Origin: Bacteroidota bacterium | GTDB taxonomy: Bacteria > Bacteroidota > Ignavibacteria > UBA10030 > JAHEZR01 | NCBI GenBank assembly: GCA_049589195.1 | Contig: JBAWAH010000042.1 | Span: forward strand, 2,354-66,353 | Length of the DNA stretch: 64,000 bases | Reading direction: 5' to 3' | In this document: piece by piece, positions 26,097 to 35,901 of the stretch | Layout of the letters: each line of letters starts with the position of its first letter | Numbering within the stretch: position 1 is the first letter of the stretch | The notes under the pieces: generated by a model | Seen by the model: only the letters and a program-made list of their open reading frames with translations | Database searches by the model: none | Told to the model about the DNA's origin: nothing | Translations under genes and position numbers: made by a program

Positions 26097-27167
26097 ATGA
26101 AAGTGCATAGGAAAACGATCATTATCGCTTTTCTTGGTCTGTTAGTCGTTGGATTTGTGGTGTTCCGTGTCGTGCAGAAGGCCTCGAGCGACGATTCTTT
26201 GCGGCGTCCGGCGCCGCTCGTGTCGATCGTGAAACCGACTCGAGATAACCTTGTGCGTACACTCACATACAACGGCGATGTGCTCGCTTACCAGCAGGCG
26301 AGTATCTTCACGAAGGTGACGGGCGCGCTCGAACGGGTTTACGTAGACATGGGTGACTTTGTGAGACAGGGCAGCCTGCTCGCCACGATAGATTCAACGG
26401 AACTGGTTCAACAAGCACTGCAGAACTCTGCGACTTATCAGAACGCTCTTTTGAATTACGACAGAACAAAAGAGCTCACGGCGCAGAACCTTCTCGCGAA
26501 GCAGGACCTCGATAACGCGTCTGCTGCTATGACAGTCGCGAAAGCGAACTATGACAATGCCGTCACGAAGCTGAGTTATGCTCGGATCACCGCTCCATTT
26601 ACAGGGATAATTACAAAAAGAAACCTCGATCCGGGAGCCGTTGTTACTTCTAATAACTCAACGCTTTTTACATTGATGGATCTTGAACGTGTCAAGGTTA
26701 TTACTTCGATTCCTGAGAAGGATGTGCCGACTCTAGAAAAGGTGAAATCAGCGCAAGTCACTGTGGATGCACTTCCAGGTAAAGTGTTCCAGGGTGAGGT
26801 CTCACGACTAAGCCAAGCCGTTGATCTCAATACACGCACGATGCCGATTGAGATTGACATTCGAAACGCGTCACACGAACTGAAACCCGGGATGTTTGCC
26901 ACTGTCGCGCTTTCGGCCGAGGAGCACAAGAATGCTCTCGTTCTGCCCGTCCAGGCACTCCTTTCCGATGATCAGGGGCAGTTCGCGTTTGTTGTAGAGA
27001 ACAGTAAGGTCAAGAAGGTGTACGTTAAACCGGGGTGGGAAATAAACAACCGGCTTGAAATCATTGAAGGCTTGAACGGAAACGAGGACGTCGTCGTGTC
27101 CGGCCAACAGCAGCTGCGCGATGGCATCGCAGTGCGGGTAGTTGGACAGGCTCAGCAATCAAAGTAG
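26097..27167 (+). CDS. Efflux RND transporter periplasmic adaptor subunit (HlyD/MFP family).
   Basis: It has an N-terminal TM anchor, a coiled-coil (QQALQNSATYQNALLNYDRTKELTAQNLLAKQDLDNASAAMTVAKANYDNAV) and a beta-barrel/lipoyl-like C-terminus. It precedes an RND permease. Confidence 0.8.
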   Translation: MKVHRKTIIIAFLGLLVVGFVVFRVVQKASSDDSLRRPAPLVSIVKPTRDNLVRTLTYNGDVLAYQQASIFTKVTGALERVYVDMGDFVRQGSLLATIDSTELVQQALQNSATYQNALLNYDRTKELTAQNLLAKQDLDNASAAMTVAKANYDNAVTKLSYARITAPFTGIITKRNLDPGAVVTSNNSTLFTLMDLERVKVITSIPEKDVPTLEKVKSAQVTVDALPGKVFQGEVSRLSQAVDLNTRTMPIEIDIRNASHELKPGMFATVALSAEEHKNALVLPVQALLSDDQGQFAFVVENSKVKKVYVKPGWEINNRLEIIEGLNGNEDVVVSGQQQLRDGIAVRVVGQAQQSK

Positions 27168-27182
27168 GAGACAAACAGAAGT

Positions 27183-30100
27183 ATGTGGCTAACCAGGTTG
27201 GCGCTCCGGTATCCCGTATCGACAGCACTCATCGCGATCACTATCCTCATCCTCGGGATTGTGTCGTTCACGCAGCTGCCCGTTGATCTTCTTCCTAATA
27301 TTACCATCCCGGTCGTCTCGGTGATCACATTCTACTCCGGCGCTGGGCCGATCGATATGGAGCAAACGGTGACAGTCCCGATAGAACGAAGTGTCAGTTC
27401 TGTCAACGATGTCAGTTATGTCCAGTCGACGACGCGGGAGGGGGTTTGTCAAGTACGGGTCAATTTCAATTGGGGCGCAAATACAGACGTTGGGATGGTG
27501 GATGTCGTCCAGCGCATCAACCGTGTGTTGAATATTCTGCCGACGGGCATTAATCAACCGATCGTCCTCCGGTTCGATATCACGAGTCTTCCTGTCTGCA
27601 CCATTGCTGCTTCGGGGGATATGGATGAGCGTGATCTCTATGACATTGCTTACAACGTTATCGAGCCACAGATCGAGCATCTGCCGGGAGTAGCATTCGC
27701 GCAGGTGACGGGGGGCAAAATCCGCGAGATCCACGTGACCGTAGACCGGAACCGTCTACAGGCGCTCCAACTTCCCATTCTCACTGTCTCTGATGCTGTG
27801 GCTCAGTCAAATCTCATTCTCCCGTCAGGAGATCTAAAGACAGGAAGATTTGACTACTCTTTGAAGACAGAGAGTCAGTTCAATGTGGTCAAGCCAATGG
27901 GAGATGTCATCGTCAAGACCGTCGGTGGGGTCCCCATCCGACTGAAGGATGTCGCCACCGTTGAGGACTCATACCAGGAGCAGACAGAAATCATCAGGGT
28001 GGATGGAAGGGCGGGCGTTACCCTGAGAGTGCAAAAGCTCGCGGATGCAAACACCGTTGACGTGGTGGACGAGGTCATGCGGGCTATTCCACACTTGGCC
28101 AACGTACCGGCGGGGATCCGTCTCGCGATTTCTTTTGATCAAGCCCTGTATATTCGCCAATCGATCTCGGGTCTGCAGCATGAAGCAGTATTGGGCGCCA
28201 TCCTCGCGATGGTGGTTATTCTTATCTTTCTGAGAAACATTCGAGGGACGTCGATCATTTTTGTGGCGATCCCCCTTGCTATCCTTATCACCTTTATCTT
28301 CTTCAGGTTCGGTGATGTGACTCTCAACATTATGACCTTTGGTGGTCTGGCACTTGCCGTCGGACGCTTGGTGGACGATTCGGTCGTCGAGCTTGAGGTG
28401 ATCTCCCGACACTATAGCCGCATGAGGGAGGGGCAGACGAAGCTCGAAGCGACGTTGGATGCTGCGAAGGAAGTGGCGGCACCGATCTTTGTCTCGACTC
28501 TCACGACCGTGATTGTGTTTCTCCCGGTCGCGTTCCTAACGGGGGTCGCAAAACTCTTGTTCGTGCCGCTTACGATCACCATTGCGGTCTCGCTCTTTGG
28601 TTCTTTCTTTGTCTCCCGGACCATCACTCCGCTGATGTGCCTAAATTTTCTCCCACCCGAACGGGTACGAGATCCTCGGTCAACCAAGCTTTCTGACCGC
28701 TTAGGAATTGCGACGAGCAATCTGATTGAAAGACTCGAGTCGGCCTACCAAAAAGCCCTTGAGTGGGCGCTCAAGCACCGAAGAACAGTTGTCTTTGGCG
28801 TCGCTGGTGGAACGCTTGTTACCCTCGGTATGTGGGTCGTTCTTGGCACGGAATTTATCGGCACTGAGTTCTTTCCCGATCAAGATGAAGGGCAGTTTGG
28901 CATTACAATTCGTACACCTGTAGGGACAAGGGATGAAGAGACTCAAAAAACCTGTGTCCAGATTGAGAACATCATCAAAGCAAATGTCCCAGAGATGGAA
29001 GCGATGATCACCGACATTGGGGTACCCTCTGGTCGGGGTGGCAATTTGTTTGGCCGGAATTCTGGCAGTCATTCTGCGAACATTCAGGTTGCTCTCGTAC
29101 CCGCTGATCAGAGGAAGCGGAGTGTTTTTGAGGTTGCCAACGCTCTCCGACCTAAATTACAGGCTGTTGTAGGGGCACAGGTGTACGTTACGCCGGGAGG
29201 TTTCCTTCACTTCTTGTTGAATTTTGGCTCGAGCGCGCCACTAGACGTCGAGGTTCGTGGATACGACCTTGACGCCGGTATGCAGTTAGCAAGGCAGATT
29301 CTCTCCATTGTCCGCGAAACACCTGGGGCAACCGATGCCTTGATCTCCCGTGAGGATAACCTTCCCGAGCTACGCGTGAAAATCGACAGAGACAAGGCTG
29401 GAATACTCGGGATTACCGCATCTCAGATCTCGAATACTATCGCCACGTGCATTAATGGAAGCGATGCCTCGCTCTATACCGATCCCTTGACAGGCAACCA
29501 ATACAACATCCTCGTGCGTCTGAATGAGGACTTCAGGTCACATATCGAGGATCTCCAGAACCTGATACTAACGACACAAAGTGGGCAGCCAGTCCTGCTT
29601 GGAAGTGTGGCTAGGATTGAAAAAGCAAACTCACCTGTTCAAATCGACCGGAAGTATCAACAGCGTCTGGTCGAGGTAACCGCCAATGTAACTGGACGTG
29701 ACCTTGGGAGTGTTGCGAATGACATTCGTGCTAAGTTAGCAGGGATCAGCATCCCACCCGGCTTCGAAGTAAAGCTGACTGGAAACGTCGAGCAGCAGGG
29801 AAAAACCTTTTCGGATCTGCTCCTTGCCTTTGCCCTTGCGATCCTTCTTGTCTACGTCGTCATGGCGTCGCAGTTCCAGTCGCTCCTTGATCCATTCGTG
29901 ATCATGTTCACAGTGCCTCTTGGCTTCATCGGCGTCCTCTGGATGCTTTTCCTTACAAACACCACTCTCTCTGTCACGTCGTTCCAGGGTGTCATTGTGA
30001 TGGTCGGGATTGTTGTGAGCAACGGGATTTTACTTGTGGACTATACCAATCACCGTCGGCGGACAGGCGAGGAGTTGCACATCGCTGTCGTCCGTGCCGG

Positions 30101-30341
30101 TCGCACTCGGCTCCGTCCGATCCTTATGACCACGCTTGCGACAGTGCTCGGCCTGATACCACTAGCATTGGGCATTGGAGGAGAATCTTCGCAGGCTCCC
30201 TTGGCGATTGCTGTCATTGGAGGGTTGACCGTCTCAACCTTCCTCACGCTTCTCTTCATCCCGACGATCTACACGATCTTTGAAGAAAGGATGAAACGGG
30301 GGAACAGGCAGCTGAAGCCGAACGAAGCTGGTTCAGAATGA
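27183..30341 (+). CDS. Efflux RND transporter permease (AcrB/CzcA family, 12 TM).
   Basis: It is 1052 aa. RND hallmarks are present: ...GGLALAVGRLVDDSVVELEVISRH..., TM clusters, and large periplasmic loops. Confidence 0.9.
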   Translation: MWLTRLALRYPVSTALIAITILILGIVSFTQLPVDLLPNITIPVVSVITFYSGAGPIDMEQTVTVPIERSVSSVNDVSYVQSTTREGVCQVRVNFNWGANTDVGMVDVVQRINRVLNILPTGINQPIVLRFDITSLPVCTIAASGDMDERDLYDIAYNVIEPQIEHLPGVAFAQVTGGKIREIHVTVDRNRLQALQLPILTVSDAVAQSNLILPSGDLKTGRFDYSLKTESQFNVVKPMGDVIVKTVGGVPIRLKDVATVEDSYQEQTEIIRVDGRAGVTLRVQKLADANTVDVVDEVMRAIPHLANVPAGIRLAISFDQALYIRQSISGLQHEAVLGAILAMVVILIFLRNIRGTSIIFVAIPLAILITFIFFRFGDVTLNIMTFGGLALAVGRLVDDSVVELEVISRHYSRMREGQTKLEATLDAAKEVAAPIFVSTLTTVIVFLPVAFLTGVAKLLFVPLTITIAVSLFGSFFVSRTITPLMCLNFLPPERVRDPRSTKLSDRLGIATSNLIERLESAYQKALEWALKHRRTVVFGVAGGTLVTLGMWVVLGTEFIGTEFFPDQDEGQFGITIRTPVGTRDEETQKTCVQIENIIKANVPEMEAMITDIGVPSGRGGNLFGRNSGSHSANIQVALVPADQRKRSVFEVANALRPKLQAVVGAQVYVTPGGFLHFLLNFGSSAPLDVEVRGYDLDAGMQLARQILSIVRETPGATDALISREDNLPELRVKIDRDKAGILGITASQISNTIATCINGSDASLYTDPLTGNQYNILVRLNEDFRSHIEDLQNLILTTQSGQPVLLGSVARIEKANSPVQIDRKYQQRLVEVTANVTGRDLGSVANDIRAKLAGISIPPGFEVKLTGNVEQQGKTFSDLLLAFALAILLVYVVMASQFQSLLDPFVIMFTVPLGFIGVLWMLFLTNTTLSVTSFQGVIVMVGIVVSNGILLVDYTNHRRRTGEELHIAVVRAGRTRLRPILMTTLATVLGLIPLALGIGGESSQAPLAIAVIGGLTVSTFLTLLFIPTIYTIFEERMKRGNRQLKPNEAGSE

Positions 30342-31612
30342 GATCTGACGACATTAAACGATTTGGCTCCGGACCACATCCAATGCTTAAGGCAGAAGCT
30401 GCGCAAGATGAGGGGGGGACAGGAGTTCTTAACACCACATTAAGGTACAAGATTCTGCAGTCGTGTAGTTCTCGTTCTTGGGGTGGATTGGAGATGCAAG
30501 CTCTACTCGAGTGTACGCAGCTGAAAGCTCGCGGCCATGATATCACACTCCTGTGCACTCCAAAAAGCCGTCTCGAGGGGGAAGCAACCCGAGCGGGTAT
30601 AGAAACACTGCCTCTGGAGTTGCGCGCGTCGAATTATCCGATGGTATTGGCAGCCCTTCGGAAATTCCTGCGCAGCCGAGGGACCGGGATCGTTCATGCT
30701 CAGATTTCCCAGGATCTCTCCGTCTTGGTCGGAACGGCAGTTTTTGCCCCGACATCTCCACCGATTGTGCTAACAAAAAGAGTTGGCTCATTCATCAGTA
30801 AGAAGGATCCGTTCCATCGGTGGTTGTACCGTCATGTCTCTCTTGTGGTTGCGATCTCCGAGGTCATCCGGAAAAACGTCCTCGACACTTGTCCTGTAGA
30901 CGCGGGCCGCGTCGTTACGCTGTTTGACGGGGTTGATCTCGATCGGTTTGACCCGAACCGATTTGACCCAATGGCAGCACGCCGAGAACTCGGTTTTGGG
31001 CAACGGGACTTTGTCATCGGCATGGTTGGACGGATCTCTCCCGGCAAAGGGCATGAGGAGTTTCTCGAGGCGGCAAGCATAATCCACTCGGGCCTGCCAG
31101 AGATCAAGTTCCTGGTGGTCGGAGAGCCAAGCTATGGTGAGGAGGACTATGGAAAGAGAATCCTCGAAAGCGCCAAACCGCTTTCTTCCCAAGGCGTGGT
31201 GACGTTCAGCGGGTTCCGGGATGACATCCCCAACGTCATGGCAGCGCTTGACATTCTTGCCTTCCCTTCGCACGCAGAAGCATTCGGGGACGTCCTGATC
31301 GAAGCAATGGCGATGAACCTTCCGGTCGTTTCGACGAATTGTGACGGCGTGCTTGATATCGTCATTGACGGAGAGACCGGCACTCAGGTTCCTCCAAGAG
31401 ATGCACGTGCTCTCGCACAGGCTCTGATGCAGCTCATCCAGGATGAGAAGCGGCGGAGACTATTCGGAGAGGCCGGCAGGAGAAGAGCAGAGAAGATTTT
31501 CGATCTGAGACGGCGCACTGAGACAATGGAAGGGCTGTATACCAGCGTGTTAAACCGCATGTCGAGCTCAGGTGTGCCGGCGGAACCCGTACACTCAAAA
31601 AGTGCTGTGTGA
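30338..31612 (+). CDS. Glycosyltransferase family 4 (GT-B fold).
   Basis: The C-terminal GT4 motif reads AFPSHAEAFGDVLIEAMAMNLPVVSTNCDGVLDIVIDGETGTQV. The ATG at 30338 overlaps the RND stop (ATGA). The true start could be slightly downstream. Confidence 0.7.
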   Translation: MRSDDIKRFGSGPHPMLKAEAAQDEGGTGVLNTTLRYKILQSCSSRSWGGLEMQALLECTQLKARGHDITLLCTPKSRLEGEATRAGIETLPLELRASNYPMVLAALRKFLRSRGTGIVHAQISQDLSVLVGTAVFAPTSPPIVLTKRVGSFISKKDPFHRWLYRHVSLVVAISEVIRKNVLDTCPVDAGRVVTLFDGVDLDRFDPNRFDPMAARRELGFGQRDFVIGMVGRISPGKGHEEFLEAASIIHSGLPEIKFLVVGEPSYGEEDYGKRILESAKPLSSQGVVTFSGFRDDIPNVMAALDILAFPSHAEAFGDVLIEAMAMNLPVVSTNCDGVLDIVIDGETGTQVPPRDARALAQALMQLIQDEKRRRLFGEAGRRRAEKIFDLRRRTETMEGLYTSVLNRMSSSGVPAEPVHSKSAV

Positions 31613-31670
31613 ACCTCTTGTCTGAATAAAACGTCTAAAGAGAAAACCAACAAATATAACAGGAGACCCG

Positions 31671-32177
31671 ATGAAAAAACAAATCCTCTTCATGGTTTTG
31701 GTTTCCATTCTTGGCTTGGGATGTTTTGTGCAAGAACTTCGTGCCCAAGAGAAGCAAGCCGCAAAGGCTGATTCAGTTCAAGCCGAGAAGCAGGTAGCTA
31801 AAACCGATTCGATCAGCTTACTCGATACGACAAGAGTTGCTGAATATCTAGGCCTCTCGGAAGCGCAACAAGATTCTGTAAAACCAATGATCGCTGAAGT
31901 TCAAAACATTGTCAATGAAGATAAGAGAATCCGGGACGAAATGCGGGCTCAATCCGTGTCTGGCCAGGGTCAATTCAATAGAGAAGCCATGCAGAAGGTC
32001 CGATCCGAGCGCGAGGAGCGTCAAAAGAAGATCAATGCTCTTGCTGATGAAATCAAAAGTCAACTGAGCGATGAACAAAAGGAGAAGTTTGCGTCAGTCC
32101 TGGTCCCGAACCTTCAAGAAATTGCAAGAGCTGAACGCGGACAAATGAGAGGACGTGCTGGGCGCCGCGGACAGTAG
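31671..32177 (+). CDS. Secreted coiled-coil protein, possibly Spy/CpxP-like.
   Basis: A signal peptide MKKQILFMVLVSILGLGCFVQELRA is present. The rest is helical and charged (LSEAQQDSVKPMIAEV...LSDEQKEKFASVL) with a basic Gly/Arg tail. Confidence 0.3.
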   Translation: MKKQILFMVLVSILGLGCFVQELRAQEKQAAKADSVQAEKQVAKTDSISLLDTTRVAEYLGLSEAQQDSVKPMIAEVQNIVNEDKRIRDEMRAQSVSGQGQFNREAMQKVRSEREERQKKINALADEIKSQLSDEQKEKFASVLVPNLQEIARAERGQMRGRAGRRGQ

Positions 32178-32211
32178 GGGCAATGTAACGAAACGGACAG
32201 GACAGAAGAGA

Positions 32212-33003
32212 ATGATGATGAAGGTCCTTGCGTCACTCCTCGTGTGTGTGAATACCATCTGGCTGGCTGGTTGCGGTGGCGAGGAAATGCAGAGCACTTG
32301 GGCTCGCACGCCATTGACGATTGATGGCACGATTGACGATTGGAAGGATGCTACGTCCGTAGTGTTCAAGGATGAGCATCTCACCCTCAGCGTCGAGAAT
32401 GACTCGGCGTATCTCTACATTTCGGGACGAATCAGCGATGAGGGGGCTGCACGAGCGATAGAGCCTGTTGGGATCACTCTTTGGGTTGATCCGGAGGGAG
32501 GCACGAGTAAGGATCTAGAAATCCATTTCCCTGTCGGTCGGTCTGCAGAAATTCGTCAAGCACGAGCTGGGTTCTGGGAAGCTTTGACTGAGGATCAAAG
32601 GGCGAGGGCTTCCAAAGGGATTGATGAAATGAGGAAGGGCATTCTGGTCATCGACAACCGAAGCATCACGTCTCACATCTACCCTGCACAAGGGCCTACA
32701 GGATTTGCGGTTGGAGTTGGAGATTCATCCGGGAATACGACGTTTGAGGTTCGAATACCGATAAACCTTCGAGAGTATCTTTCAGGCTTTGCTTCCGTCA
32801 GTGCGAACAACAGGACCGGCCTCGGCATGCAGATTGGTGAAACTCGAGGTGAAGCTGGGGATGACATGGGCGGGGGTGGGCAAGGCATGGGGCCACGAAG
32901 AGGTCGTGGCCGGGGAGGCTTTGGCATGCCGGCGCGAGGTAGGCAACCCGATGAGAGTTCTTCTGAGGTCTGGGCCGAGGTGATCCTTGCATCTGCGAAG
33001 TAA
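32212..33003 (+). CDS. Hypothetical lipoprotein with a Gly/Arg-rich low-complexity C-terminus.
   Basis: A lipobox MMMKVLASLLVCVNTIWLAGC starts at the ATG at 32212. The C-terminus reads GEAGDDMGGGGQGMGPRRGRGRGGFGMPARGRQ. Confidence 0.3.
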   Translation: MMMKVLASLLVCVNTIWLAGCGGEEMQSTWARTPLTIDGTIDDWKDATSVVFKDEHLTLSVENDSAYLYISGRISDEGAARAIEPVGITLWVDPEGGTSKDLEIHFPVGRSAEIRQARAGFWEALTEDQRARASKGIDEMRKGILVIDNRSITSHIYPAQGPTGFAVGVGDSSGNTTFEVRIPINLREYLSGFASVSANNRTGLGMQIGETRGEAGDDMGGGGQGMGPRRGRGRGGFGMPARGRQPDESSSEVWAEVILASAK

Positions 33004-33778
33004 TCAAAGATTGTGTTCATTGCTCATCGGGTTTGTCGTCCCATTGAGCATTGCAGGAATGATGATAGGCTGTGGGTCGGGGATGGGGTACCGTCAGGGC
33101 GACCATGAGGAAATGTGGGGTCGTCAGGCTCTCCGGCTGAGCGCATTCGATAAACTGTGGGAGGAGAGAACGATCTCTCTCGGTCAAGGAGGAGGCGGAT
33201 TAGGAATTCCATTCTTTTCTTCTCCAGGGGGAGGTGAAATGGGTGATCGAGAGGCTTTTCCTCTCTTCGTTCGTGCGACGCTGGTGGATTCTACTCTCAT
33301 TGAGGCGGGCATCGGAGAATTCGCCCGCCTTGCAAAGATGAGTGACGAGGAACTCGTTGACTTTCGGGCCCGTTATAAGAAAGCTCATGATCTTGGGCAT
33401 AATATATACATCTGGGCTGAATTGGAGACGACTTTATCGGAGGAGTATTTGAAGCTCAGTCGCTGGGCTATCTTCCTTGAAGACGAAAAAAGGCATCAGT
33501 TCGAGCCGGTGCGAGTTGTTGAACAACCTAAAGAAAGAGGCATGGAGAGGCGGGCAGTAACAACTCAGAGGGAGAGTGGTGATTTCTCAGGGACCCGCTT
33601 TCAGGGTCGGTTCTTGATAACAAAAGATATTGAACTGTTTTTCCCGGTGTCTCGGCTCACGGGAGAACCGATTCTGAGCCCCGCGGCGAAAGCTCTTAAG
33701 CTTGTCATGCTGCAGACGGACAACCCAAGCGTGAGGGCTGAAGGAGCTTGGGATCCTTCAACTCTTAAGAAGAATTAG
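32987..33778 (+). CDS. Hypothetical (lipo)protein.
   Basis: An N-terminal hydrophobic region with Cys (LLIGFVVPLSIAGMMIGCGSG) is present. It has no recognisable catalytic motif. The start is uncertain. Confidence 0.3.
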   Translation: MHLRSNQRLCSLLIGFVVPLSIAGMMIGCGSGMGYRQGDHEEMWGRQALRLSAFDKLWEERTISLGQGGGGLGIPFFSSPGGGEMGDREAFPLFVRATLVDSTLIEAGIGEFARLAKMSDEELVDFRARYKKAHDLGHNIYIWAELETTLSEEYLKLSRWAIFLEDEKRHQFEPVRVVEQPKERGMERRAVTTQRESGDFSGTRFQGRFLITKDIELFFPVSRLTGEPILSPAAKALKLVMLQTDNPSVRAEGAWDPSTLKKN

Positions 33779-33793
33779 GATAGGAGCGGATAG

Positions 33794-35113
33794 ATGAAAA
33801 AGAAGAGGAACATTGTCTTCGGGATACTTGCTCTCATTCTCGTCGTTGCGGCGGTGATCGTGTTCACGAGCAGCAAGAGCACCGACATTGTATACCGAAC
33901 GGTTAAACTCGAACGGGGAGACATCTCTGTTGTCGTGACTGCGACCGGGACGCTTAGTGCAGACACTACCGTACAGGTCGGAACTCAAGTGTCCGGAACG
34001 GTTGCCAAGCTCTATGCCGACTTCAACTCCGTTGTCAAGAAGGGGCGAGTGATTGCTGTCATTGACACGACGTTCTTGCAGACCCAGGTTCAAGATGCTG
34101 AGGCGAATCTGGAGGGTGCAGTAGCGAAGGTCAATCAAACGCAGCGAGATCTCAAGCGAACCGAGGACCTCTTCAAAAAGAGCTTGGCCTCTCAGGCTGA
34201 CTATGACGCTGCGAAGACCGACTATGAATCTGCTGTAGCAACCCAGAAGTCTGCCCAAGCTGCGCTTGATCGTGCAAGAATCAATCTTAAATACGCGACG
34301 ATCCGAGCACCCATCGATGGCGTTGTGATTTCACGCAATGTTGATGTCGGTCAAACAGTAGCGGCCAGCCTGGCAGCGCCGGTGCTCTTCATGATCGCAA
34401 ATGACTTGACAAAAATGCAAGTCCAAGCCAACATTGATGAAGCAGACATCGGAAAGATCCGCGTTGGGCAGGATGTGAAGTTTACGGTGGACGCGTACCC
34501 TGATCAGCAATTCCAGGGAAAGGTAGGCCAGATTCGCCTGCAGCCGAATGTCATCCAGAATGTGGTCAATTATACTGTCATTGTCGAGGCTCCCAATCCT
34601 GATCTCAAGTTGATGCCAGGGATGACTGCGACAATTACGGTTCTGGTGGACCGACGAGATAATGCCCTGAAGCTCCCGAACCTCGCCCTCAGATTTCAGC
34701 CAGATCAGAAAGTACTTGACTCCCTTCGTCAGGCGCGAGCCAGTGATTCAACTCGTGGAAGAGGGATGGATTCGACACGGTGGAAAGGGGTGGACTCCAC
34801 GCGAAGAGCAGAGATGAGAGCGCGCTTCTCCGCTCAGCAGCGACAGGGGGGTGGAGGGCCGGGATTGGCGGGGTTGGGCGCTGGCGGCGGACGAGGTGGG
34901 TTCGGTGGCAATCGGTCTCTTGTCTGGATACTCGATGAAAACAAGAAGTTGAATCCAGTTTCCGTACGCTTGGGTCTAAGTGACGGGACTTCTTCTGAAA
35001 TCGTCGACAGCAGACTCAAGGAAGGGGATGAGGTGGTTGTCGGAGTTGTCAGCGATGTGGCAAAAGCGCCTCAGGCTAGCAATCCACTAGGTGGAGGAGG
35101 TCGGAGATTCTAA
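33794..35113 (+). CDS. MacA-like periplasmic adaptor subunit (HlyD family), with an unusual Gly/Arg-rich insert.
   Basis: It has a TM anchor, a coiled-coil ([31 protein letters not shown]...[31 protein letters not shown]) and a beta-barrel. The insert reads [49 protein letters not shown]. Confidence 0.75.
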   Translation: MKKKRNIVFGILALILVVAAVIVFTSSKSTDIVYRTVKLERGDISVVVTATGTLSADTTVQVGTQVSGTVAKLYADFNSVVKKGRVIAVIDTTFLQTQVQDAEANLEGAVAKVNQTQRDLKRTEDLFKKSLASQADYDAAKTDYESAVATQKSAQAALDRARINLKYATIRAPIDGVVISRNVDVGQTVAASLAAPVLFMIANDLTKMQVQANIDEADIGKIRVGQDVKFTVDAYPDQQFQGKVGQIRLQPNVIQNVVNYTVIVEAPNPDLKLMPGMTATITVLVDRRDNALKLPNLALRFQPDQKVLDSLRQARASDSTRGRGMDSTRWKGVDSTRRAEMRARFSAQQRQGGGGPGLAGLGAGGGRGGFGGNRSLVWILDENKKLNPVSVRLGLSDGTSSEIVDSRLKEGDEVVVGVVSDVAKAPQASNPLGGGGRRF

Positions 35114-35115
35114 CG

Positions 35116-35901
35116 ATGGGAATGATGAATCTCGCATCAACAAACGGGTCGGTTATCTCAACCCAACATCTTGTGAAGGTATACCACATGGGGGATGTTG
35201 AGGTGCACGCACTCCGGGGTGTGACGCTCGACATCGTTCGCGGGGGTTTTGTTGCCGTCATGGGTCCATCCGGATCGGGCAAGTCCACATTCATGAACAT
35301 CCTTGGCTGCCTTGATGTCCCGAGCGGTGGTGAATATATTCTCGAGGGCGTTCCCGTTGTGCAATTGACAAAAGACCAACTTGCTCGGATCCGAAACGAG
35401 AAGATCGGGTTTGTCTTCCAGGGGTTCAACCTTCTTGCGCGCACATCGGCATTGGAAAACGTTGAGCTTCCTCTCTTCTACCGCAATCTTTCTAACAAGG
35501 AGCGCAAGGCTCTCGCAATGGAAGCGCTAGATGCTGTTGGCCTAGGGGATCGCGCTCACCATTTTCCAAACCAGCTCTCAGGAGGTCAGCAACAGCGTGT
35601 CGCCGTTGCCCGTGCCCTCGTCACGAAGCCCTCCATCATTCTCGCTGATGAGCCGACAGGGAACCTCGACAGCCGCACGAGTGTGGAGATCATGGAGATT
35701 TTTCAGCGACTGAATGAGAATGGGATTACCGTTGTCCTGGTTACTCACGAGGCAGACATTGCCAGATTCGCGAAACGGAATATCTCATTCAAAGACGGGA
35801 GGATTCGAGAGGATATTTCTAACGGAACCCCTGTTTCCGCTGTAGAGATGTTGAAGTCAATGCCTGTCGTCTCTGAGGAGGAGGAATATGAACGTTCTTA
35901 A
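35116..35901 (+). CDS. ABC transporter ATP-binding protein, MacB/LolD type.
   Basis: Walker A reads GPSGSGKST. The Q-loop is present. The ABC signature reads [15 protein letters not shown]. Walker B reads [11 protein letters not shown]. The H-loop reads VTHE. Confidence 0.85.
   Translation: MGMMNLASTNGSVISTQHLVKVYHMGDVEVHALRGVTLDIVRGGFVAVMGPSGSGKSTFMNILGCLDVPSGGEYILEGVPVVQLTKDQLARIRNEKIGFVFQGFNLLARTSALENVELPLFYRNLSNKERKALAMEALDAVGLGDRAHHFPNQLSGGQQQRVAVARALVTKPSIILADEPTGNLDSRTSVEIMEIFQRLNENGITVVLVTHEADIARFAKRNISFKDGRIREDISNGTPVSAVEMLKSMPVVSEEEEYERS

Noticed and set aside
27189-28720. Minus-strand ORFs 27189..27734, 27969..28412, 28412..28720 inside the RND permease gene.
   Set aside because: They are antisense to a 1052-aa RND transporter with clear family motifs. 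They are spurious.
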